Source of the DNA: Trichoplax sp. H2
Taxonomy: Eukaryota
Reading direction: 5' to 3'
Length of the DNA: 20,000 bases
Assembly: GCA_003344405.1 (NCBI GenBank)
Contig: NOWV01000282.1
Coordinates: 47,516-67,515 of the forward strand
Part shown: positions 1-13,400 of the stretch, in pieces
Layout: the number at the start of each line of letters is the position of its first letter
How positions within the stretch are numbered: the stretch's first letter is position 1
The notes under the pieces: generated by a model
What the model was told of the DNA's origin: nothing
Database searches by the model: none
Seen by the model: only the letters and a program-made list of their open reading frames with translations
Made by a program: the position numbers and the translations under genes

Positions 1-2811
1 CGTCTTCACTACTTTCTTTCGATGTAGTACTGGTGCTATATGCACATTCTTCCTTTAATAATTCATTGAGTGAGTTACAATCAGAGATCGATTCCACCTA
101 TAAGCCAGGAGACATTTAATAGGAAGTTAATGACATTAAATTAAATTTATACCATTTCTCTCTCTGTCCATGTGATATTATAATTTCAGTTACTGATAGA
201 CGCAGTAAATGTAACATAAAAGTGTAATCCAACTTAAAATTGAGTTTCTATAATGGGTTACAAAGTTTGTGACTAAGTCAGTGATTACCATTACAACGAT
301 TTCTACTGTAAATCTTGTACGTGTGATACTACTCAAGTTTTAGGAAACATTTAAGGTAATTTTTTACCCCTACAGCAACTTCAGGGGAACTGAATAAACC
401 AATGCAAATACGCGAAGCACATTTTTTTGAAGGTGTTTCTTGTTTTCTATTAGGTGAAGTAGGTACCATTTTTAGGTCATCCTTGGATTCAGTTTGATCA
501 CATTTGTCCATTGAGGAAGCATACGTTATTGAGCCTTCATCATGTGCACTCAGGTCAGTCATGTTACCATTACTAGTTGATTGGTCTTCTTTCGATTGAG
601 ACTTTGCGCTGGATAGGAAGGATGTCAATGGTGCTGGAAAAATAATTGGAAGTTTAAAGTTAGCTGTCAAGCAATAAGTCTTCCAATTACCAACAAGTAC
701 TACAACAGCTAAAATAGGTATACGTAATGCCATGTATTAGGGTTTACTTTAAAATAGCCACACGTCGAAACGGCAAGCATAAGCGAGTTAATTGTCGATT
801 TGTTTATACATACGCGTCTATCGCTAATGACAATAATTCTGAACTTCAAATGATATCAATGATATAGGCGATTTTTACTCTAGTATCTAAATGTCTAATC
901 AAATGTGATGGAAATAAATTTAAAATCTATCATACTGTAAATAGTACGCTAAATAATCTTTGTCGATACCACAGTGCACCCTCCTATACAAGTTTATGAG
1001 ATGAAAAGTGAGATTTTCTTGTTGCATATAATATCATCCACCTATATTAATAGGGTATCCTTACTGAACGACGACCATGCCGATATAGACGATGATATTC
1101 TCAGAATGTCAAGAAAAAATTGAGCAAACGATAGAATAGTACAGGGTATGGCATATACTTGCGCGCACTACAACGTCTTTCTAATGCACACACACTCTTT
1201 CCAATGGGCTATGATGCCTGAGAATTATCCATTTTCTTACCTTGCTTCATCTTCTTGTGACTGCCGGGACTGGATTCACCCTTATTTTTATTGGTATTGG
1301 CATTGCTGCGATTTGAACCTGTAACAGAAATGCTGAATTCAGTGTACGTATACAGTACTCTAAAAATAGCTAATCATTGGATTTGTTATTGATCGTATCC
1401 TATGGGCTTTATCCAATAATATAATCTTATCCTGTAAATTGTCTACTCTACTGCACATGTAACAACATGATCAGGGATTATTGCAGTTGTCTCATTTCCT
1501 TGTCCAGTCGATTTTAACAATACACCTTTTAAGCAATCTTTAATACTTGCTGAATTTTTTTTACTGACATTTGATTAGACATGCCAATGTAAAACATGAG
1601 ATTAAACTAGCAGCTAGCATCTGGGTTGTTTATTGATTCAATTGTAACATTTCCAGACTTTTACACTACATCTCAAGTAGTGGACGTTGCATAAGAAATA
1701 AGCTAAGCTGCTCCTTTATCTGTGCATCCAATAGCAAGCATCTATTGAGCAAGATCGCAAGTAACATACCGATGGATTTCGAATACGTTATAAAGCTGAA
1801 TCTGTACCATAAATCTATAAGCATGCTATTTTACTCCAATAGAAGTTTGTTTTCCCACCTCAGCCTGGTTAATAACCACTTTCTGATTCGCTACTTTCAA
1901 TATGTGGTAGAAAAGAATGGATAGATTGGCTATTTATGGATTGCGTTGTCTAGTCTCCTTCATTAGTGAACAGTTTTTTGTGAACCACCTGCCTTGAGCA
2001 AGACTATTTTTTAGGATACACAGTACATTGAGTAGGATCTGCCTATACTATTGTATAGGAGTTGTATGCTTACTCGTCAAAACAGAACTGTAGCAAATCG
2101 ATATGTGGATATTGCATTCTTGATCTACTCGATCGATTAAATTGATTCGTTGAATGGATCGGATTAGTAAGATTGCTAAAGAGTAGAAAACTGCAATTTG
2201 TGTGCTTATCCATCGCTAATACAAGTATGATGAAACTAAACTACGGTGAAATGGACGAGTTGTTTGGTACTTTTGTATGCAGAATTGTGTTTGACATGTT
2301 GGATTTTCAAAGTTGCATCCGCCCCCGATCGATTGAAGTCGATATAGTGAGAATAGCAATGGATAGCAATGGATTAAATTAGGCAATAGGAGAGGAATAG
2401 CCATTTCTATGCCTAAACTCTACAGGCTATTCCTGCCTATTTCATAATCAATACTGTAGGATCGACTGTTCTAGCAAACTATCCCTTGCAACGATAGGAG
2501 ACAAAACAACCAGCTTTGGGGGAAAGCGAAATATTACCATACTACTCTATTGTACTGTATTGTACTTCGTGGTATCTCTATTTCATCGTTGAACGTATTT
2601 TTATCGACATTGATCAACATTGAAGCGATCCATGACTGATGAAGAGAATGAAATCAAAGCAATACTGTCTTGTCCATGGACAACATTATCCAATCCAATT
2701 GATGTTCATCGATGCATTTGCTATGGCACACGATGACCTATCAGGCCATGACAACATGCCATCACCAATATCAATACACTCTTTCTTACCTAATATGCTA
2801 TACCTAGCCAT
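1..2811 (-). CDS. Putative multi-exon gene of unknown function, 3' end beyond the left window edge; Ser/Lys/Asn-rich low-complexity N-terminal region
   Basis: Phase-compatible GT-AG exons on -: 2811-2790 (ATG in ATCATGG, MARYSIL, donor G|GTAAGA), 1814-1770 (DLWYRFSFITYSKSI, G|GTATGT), 1318-1241 (GSNRSNANTNKNKGESSPGSHKKMKQ, G|GTAAGA), then a large exon from 633 (TTTTTCCAG acceptor; alternative at 708) inside ORF 329..733. All three of these junctions are phase 1. Downstream splicing is ambiguous (donor at 368 or 333, possible exon 247-194, exon 97-1 VESISDCNSLNELLKEECAYSTSTTSKESSED). No family recognised. Confidence 0.45.
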
Positions 2812-3044
2812 GATAGCAACAATTGCCTACGCTAGGAGATCAATCCAATCAAGGAGTTTCGATTCGATGCCAAAATAATGCTTCAATATTACCAAACTAT
2901 TCTATCAAGAGCTTGCACGTAGCTGGCTTTCCTCTCCAAAATTTGCTGGACAAGGCACAAATGACTAATGGAAGACTCATTGGCAGTCTGATACTGTACC
3001 GAGACCGCTTGAAGTCGAAAATTGGCGGCAATTTCATCTCCAAT

Positions 3045-3056
3045 CGCGCATGCGTG
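3045..3056. promoter_or_regulatory. NRF1/Ewg-like palindromic motif CGCGCATGCGTG in a locally GC-rich segment upstream of the left-hand gene
   Basis: Matches the GCGCATGCG core of the NRF1 consensus and lies about 235 bp upstream of the proposed ATG at 2811 (-). Motif match only. Confidence 0.25.
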
Positions 3057-3129
3057 GGGCTTGTGCCATGGCTACAACTCAACTTGCAGCTCTACGGAGT
3101 GGTGGACAGTCTGCACGGTCGGCGATGAA

Positions 3130-3620
3130 CGCGACAGTATACAGCACTAGATTGGCGTCCGGACGTACGGTTATCCAAGGCGTATTGGGGCATTTTCCTA
3201 CTGTATTGTGCCATCATCCAGTACCGCTATACTGTACGCTATTACGTTTGGTCCAATTGAAGCAGTATTTTGGTATTGTACAGTCTGTCGGTCAGGGCCA
3301 GGCAACGACTGTCCTCGAAGGCTCGAACTACAGTCTACAGTACAGTACAGCACTGCACAGTGTACAGTGTACAGTACTGTACTGTACTGTAGTACGAGCG
3401 GGATTACAGTCCACCGTCCAGGGTAGGTTGCTGACGTCCAGACGTCCAGTACCGTACATGTAAGGGACTGGAAAAGTACATTGTACAATGTACATTAATG
3501 TACTGTACATGTAATGGACAGGAAAAGTCATGCGCAGACGTTAATAGTTAGGACAGCCTTTACAGTGGCTGCATTAAGTGTACTGTACAGTACAGTACTG
3601 TACACTGAATATACACAGTC
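3130..3620. repeat. TACAG/CTGTA pentamer-rich low-complexity region with an imperfect palindrome at 3335-3392
   Basis: Many TACAG(T)/ACTGTA units. CTACAGTACAGTACAG (3335-3350) is the exact reverse complement of CTGTACTGTACTGTAG (3377-3392). This explains the stack of overlapping spurious ORFs at 3050-3781. Confidence 0.75.
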
Positions 3621-3885
3621 GGAAGGCGGACGGACCTTTTCACCAAAATGCGAGCCCTCAATATCCCAAAATGACTACTTACTGCAGTATGGATCTTCCG
3701 TGTCCGTTTTCTACATCACTGGCACTAATTGAAATAACATTGACAATCTTATGTAGCTGTTTTCAAGCAGAACTTGAATAACAGGTTATAAGATTCAATG
3801 GGATATTACTTCATTTAAAAAAATCAGTCCATTTACAATCGACCGCCTACATACTGCATATGCTAACGACGTCTTTAGCACAATA

Positions 3886-4285
3886 CAGTAGTCGCTGGTT
3901 ATTAAGCCCACCTCGGGCCCAGACCAAATAGGCTTAATAAGCCCAGCCGCGTATTAAGCCCAAACGGCTTGGTACGGAATTTTACATTGCAAAATCCGCC
4001 GGTTAATAAGCCCAGCCGCCGGTTATAAAGCCCAGTTAGCTAACAGATTAGAGCGAGATTCTCATCTCTCTGCACCCCAGCGCCTGGGAAACCAGTTGTG
4101 CGTGTGCATTTTTTGGCCAGTCTCAAAACAGCGTTCTATTCTAAATTTTTAATACATAACCAAGCACTACACATATATGTGCGTATACGTATGTATAGTG
4201 CTTATCCTGCGTTTGCGTTTGCACTCCGGTTATTGCGCCCGCCGCTTATTAACCGTGGGCTTAAATAACCGGCGACTACTGACTG
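3886..4285. mobile_element. Non-autonomous Tc1/mariner-superfamily MITE (pogo/Tigger-like TIRs)
   Basis: Left TIR 3886-3911 is CAGTAGTCGCTGGTTATTAAGCCCAC. The reverse complement of 4255-4281 is CAGTAGTCGCCGGTTATTTAAGCCCAC (1 mismatch, 1 indel). TA lies immediately left (3884-3885). The right end reads ...CTACTG-ACTG-TA, with TA at 4286-4287. Subterminal repeats TTAATAAGCCCAGCCGC occur at 3934-3950 and 4003-4019, with variants at 3952-3962 and 4023-4035. No transposase ORF. Confidence 0.8.
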
Positions 4286-5146
4286 TATTTGGATGAGATG
4301 AGGCCGGGAATATCTGTCCGTCCAAGACGAATCCGGCTAGGTCTTCTTCTACGGTTGTAGGCAACTTGTAGTCCGGTATCAAAATCAGTGATTGACATTG
4401 GTCACAAACCTCTAGACAGAGACCAAACAGCGATTGAATGCAACGGTTCTGCATATCGATTTTTTACCTGTGTGGATCTGCATTTCAAGCTAATATGAGT
4501 TGGTGTTGTATAGAACGATGACTCATTTCCACGATCAATACTGCCGCTCAGCCGGCTCAGCAGCTATCCCTCCGCTTTGCTAGGCTAGTTTGCTCGCATG
4601 GAATAGGAACACTATTCCATACTAGCATACTAGCCTGGAACAGCTAGAATTGAATCTATCCGACTGCACAGTATAAGCAGGACTACTAAAAGAAGGTAGA
4701 AATTCTTTTAGTGTTTCAACGTCCACAATCCCTGCCATAAGCAGTCAAAGTAAACGTTTCAGCGATACGGATGCAACGAAATGCCACATCTGCATAATCG
4801 GATGAGCTTAAAAAGAGGCGGATAAATCCAAAAGTAGCAGGACAAAAATACACAATTTGACCACAGTCCTGCTAGGTTGTGGCCAATGAAAGTGCAACAA
4901 CAAAAATGAAAGATCGAAAACCCCGGTCTAAAAGCTGTTAAAACTTGATAATAGAGCTCATCTCATAGAATATCCATAGATGGCACTCCCAAATTGGTGA
5001 GCTTAATTACCCTCTTTATATGATACACGGAGGTATTTAATAGGTTACAAGTTTCGTACAGAAGTAACAGACAGCTCTAAAGCCAACCATTGAACTTTTT
5101 TCAACAGACACCATTTTTTTTTCAGTCTAAATCCTATATTGACGCC

Positions 5147-5539
5147 AACGTTTTAATTTCAAAATATTCATTTGCAGTCAATTAATACTTAATCAACTTT
5201 AAAAAATTTATGTACTGTATAGAACCCTTGATTTTTTTATTTTTCCTGTATTTGAATGGAATTTTTGATTATGTTAAGGTACCTGAAATCCAATTTGCCA
5301 TTATTCAAATTGAGTTGATTTGCCATTAAAAATGTCCGTCCAAAACGTTTTATTTTCAAAATATTCATTTGCTGTCAATTAATACTTAATCAACTTTAAA
5401 AAATTCATATATAGAACTCTTGATTTTTTTTATTTTTCCTGCATTTTAATGGAATTTTTGACTATGTTAAGGTACCCAAAATCCAATTTATCATTATTCA
5501 AAATTAAGTTGATTTGCCACTAAAAATGTCCGTCCAAAA
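5147..5539 (+). repeat. Tandem duplication, 2 copies of an AT-rich unit of about 197 bp
   Basis: Copy 1 starts AACGTTTTAATTTCAAAATATTCATTTGC at 5147 and copy 2 starts AACGTTTTATTTTCAAAATATTCATTTGC at 5344. Both end TAAAAATGTCCGTCCAAAA. They differ by scattered substitutions and small indels. Confidence 0.92.
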
Positions 5540-5572
5540 TATTTTGTTGCAATTTTGTTAGCCACTCCTATT

Positions 5573-5948
5573 TACGGTACAGTACAGTACAATACTAAGT
5601 ATCGTAATATACAGTGCGCAGTACTGTAGTATACAGTACAATCTAGTCCAGTAATGATAGACAAGCTACAACTACCTAATCAACATGAAAATCAAGTCAA
5701 TACACTCAGTACATCAGTACCGTTTGCGTTGTTATACTACCTCTAAGTCACCTGATCTTCGGCAGCCTTTCCCCTCCATTTCCTGCGAATCCTATACTAA
5801 GACTACTTGCTTGCCACCGCCCTTGAACATTGTAGTCGTTACCAAACCAAACTCCAAGAGGAAGAACGCTGCGCCATTGCATCGATCACCTACAAAGAAA
5901 AGGATTATTCCCCAATTTATCCTTAAAATACATCCTTAGACATCGAAA
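5573..5948 (+). promoter_or_regulatory. Putative COPS2 promoter/5'UTR region with a TACAG cluster (5573-5645) and a 23-bp satellite-like motif (5718-5740)
   Basis: Lies directly upstream of the COPS2 ATG (AAAATGG context). The motifs are seen directly; their function is inferred. Confidence 0.45.
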
Positions 5949-10199
<4,251 letters not shown>

Positions 10200-10283
10200 T
10201 TTTCTTGTTGTATTTTGGTATCATATATTAATTGATAATTGTTGAGAGCAATGAAGAAAAGTATCATAAGTTAGGAAACGTTC

Positions 10284-10289
10284 AATAAA
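10284..10289 (+). terminator. Probable COPS2 polyadenylation signal AATAAA
   Basis: The only AATAAA on + between the two convergent stop codons, 85 nt after the COPS2 TAG. Confidence 0.55.
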
Positions 10290-10419
10290 AAAGTTATCGC
10301 AAAAAGCGAAGTTGTTACTTAGCTATCATTAGCTAAATATTTTCGAGTCGATAAATTACAAAACAACATGAGTCATAGTTATTCAGCCATTGAGTGGCCG
10401 ATGCAAAAATAGTAAAAGA

Positions 10420-13400
10420 TTACCGAATTTTAATGATAGGAAAATATTTATCAACTTCGAAAGAGAACGATGGACAAGTCTGCAAATGAAGATTTATTGC
10501 TTTCAGTCAATGGTATTAACATAACTGGAAAATAATTACATTATTCTAGATATCAGAAAAACATCAAACCTTAGACTCCTTCTTATGGCCACTTGCTAAT
10601 AAATTCATAACTACCATATTAGTTTTCGTAATTTTTATCAAATTAGTTACCTGAAGAAGATACGGAAAAAATAGTTAGCTTCATAAATCAGAGTATTATA
10701 CTCGTACTGTTTAATCTCGCCATTACGACATTCAATACACAGCATGCCAGAAGTATGCTACGCGTACAATATCTAATATCGCTACAGATTGCAATAAAAA
10801 AGTATGTCCTATTTTCTTACATCATCGTTAGGCTTTGATATCTCCTCTAGCTTTGTTTTAGCCATATTAAAAAATTTTGCTGATGATGAATAAAATTCCG
10901 TAGCCTATAAAGTAAAGAATAAATTATATAATCTATAGTGGCCTAAAAAACCTTCAGTTGGTCAATGAACAACATCATCCTAGACTTTTACAGCATTTGC
11001 AAACCTTACCGTTGCTAAAGCAGCCCGCGTATACTCTCTAACTTCAGTAAATTTTTCGTAAGTTATAAGCTGAGGTGAGTAAACGTTCATAAATGGCAAA
11101 ATACGGTGTTCGTAACGTAACTGAAAGCAACACAAAGTATTTTAATGTACTGGAATAATAATAGAAAATGTGAAGAAACCGATCCGAATTACAAATGCTT
11201 CCGGTAATGTAACCGATTTTTGGTCAAGTCTTTACAAACCTTTTCGTTATCATACTTAGAATTTTGATGAGCCATTTTTTCCTGCTTTACAAAACCATCA
11301 ATTGCCTGCAAAATACGATGCATATTTTCTCTAATGTACAATTCATATTCAAATTTATCTACCCTTTCAAAGTGTGCAACGGTAGCAATCCGCTTTACTT
11401 ACCCTTAAATATCCTTTACACATTGACTGCTTTGCATCAACTAGTTGTATCTCCAAGGTATGTTCGGAAACTATAGCAAATAAAATTTCCCGAATTGAAT
11501 ACACTGAAAAACGACGTTTATAATAAATAGTAATTACCTTTTTTTTTCTTTTTTGATTTCTTATTTTTATTTTTACGAGAATCCAACGAAGCGGCTTCAT
11601 GAGCTTGTAGATGTTTATCCGCAGCGTACAAGCAAGACAAGCGGTGATTGTAAAGATAATCTACATACCTAATTTTAAAAAGTAAATACATCTTCTTCGT
11701 AAGTTACTGGTCAGGTACCAATCAAATTTATTTAGCATACAAGAATTTACCAGTATACAATGTAGTATTCATAGGTTCCATACAAGTCAAGTTCAAAACC
11801 AAGTAACAGATAATATTCCATAATTTTACAAGTATGATATAACCCCCAAAGACCTAAGTATGGACGATGATGCAGCTAAAACAAGATGAATCATATAAAT
11901 GATTAGCTCAATTTTTACACATTAATTTAGCGTAATATTGCTAAATTCGACAACTAACCGTTATATTGTATTGTATAAGAAGTTTAACTTACTTGAGAGT
12001 CAATCCTTTCCATAATCACATTTAATTGCTCATCACATTGGGAGGCCTATTTCATTTGAATACATTTGCAAAAATTGTTAGATAAACGGCAGCCAAATTA
12101 TTATAGCATAATCACACTATCTATTATTATACCTCTTCCTGCATCGCTGACAACTCTTCCAATAAACCACCTATCTTTTCTCTCTGGCGAGATCGGTTGC
12201 AACAATAAGTAAATAATAATCTAGAAATTGGCTGAAGTAAAACGTACATTTATTATGATAACTTTTAAAATCTCAATTACCACTATGTCAGATTTAGAAC
12301 ATTTAGCATACACCGTCTGATCTTTCAAAGAAGGCCTCAGATATTTCTAACGCGCGCTGTGAACCTTTCAAAGACCTAAATAAAATAGGTTCACGTTACG
12401 ACTGTGCGCTAGTAATTGCAGCTCTACAGTACAGCAAAGTAAAGAAATGGCTACGATAATTTGTGCATAGTCACTTACGGATTATTCAATATAGGGGGCT
12501 GAGTAAATATCTTAATAGCTTTCTTAATTATTTCATTCATAGCTTTTTTATCATTGCAGGATTTGAAAGTTTCGCAGAATAAATGCTAGATTTGAGTACC
12601 AAGAAAATGACCCAAGTTTAATGATTGATAGCCACAAAACAAAACACTTATAGTGTATAGTTACATTACAAACCTGCAACGCTGACCGAGATAAAACATC
12701 AGGATTATCGCAGCTAAAATTTGCAAAAAATTGCTGCAAAATTGTTGTCGAAGTTAATAATTAATCTGTTGATAAATTATAAAAATTTCTTCCTAAAATT
12801 TTCTTACTATTATATTATCAATGTTCGAAATTTCTACGACTTCCGTAGCGCGGAGGAGACGACCAATTAAAGTATATATATAGTCACATGCCTTTATATT
12901 GATTAAAGAATTTATCTCAATAAGCATTAAAGTCATTTATTGGTAGGTGCAATAGCTATAAACCTTTGTTCTTTCCATAATTTCAATCGCTTTAGGAAAT
13001 TGGGACGGTAAATGTTTCATACAAATTAGCGGATTGAAACCCATCATACAATTATTACCTACAAAAAAGATCAATACCTTAATGTTAATCTCTGATAGAG
13101 ATATTTATGACTACATAGACATTACAAAACTTGCGCAAATGAACTAATCAATTACCGCAATCGTTCATTTCCGCTTGATCGCCTAAAATGCAGGTGTCCT
13201 TAATTAGCGGTATCATAGCATACATGGACTGTAATCTATTATTCGATGCCTTAACCACATCCAGGAAGGGTTCATTCATCTGTAAATTATGTTATAACAC
13301 ACATTAAAAAAATGTAATAACATTACCAAATGAATCTAACAAACTAACTCCCTCGGATGTTTGATAGAACTACCTTGGTTCCAAGCAAATGATGGAAAAA

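Noticed and set aside
2173..3128. Short ORFs 2173-2382, 2216-2404, 2639-2878, 2823-3128 and 2897-3082
   Set aside because: No recognisable motifs; lengths are compatible with chance, and they overlap the inferred intron/5' region of the left-hand gene.
3050..3781. Six overlapping ORFs as coding genes
   Set aside because: They arise from stop-poor TACAG/CTGTA repeats and give repetitive YST/VQ/LYC peptides in several frames on both strands.
10905..10944. Alternative upstream acceptor for NAA35 exon 26
   Set aside because: It adds 38 nt and shifts the frame; the acceptor at 10904 restores homology.
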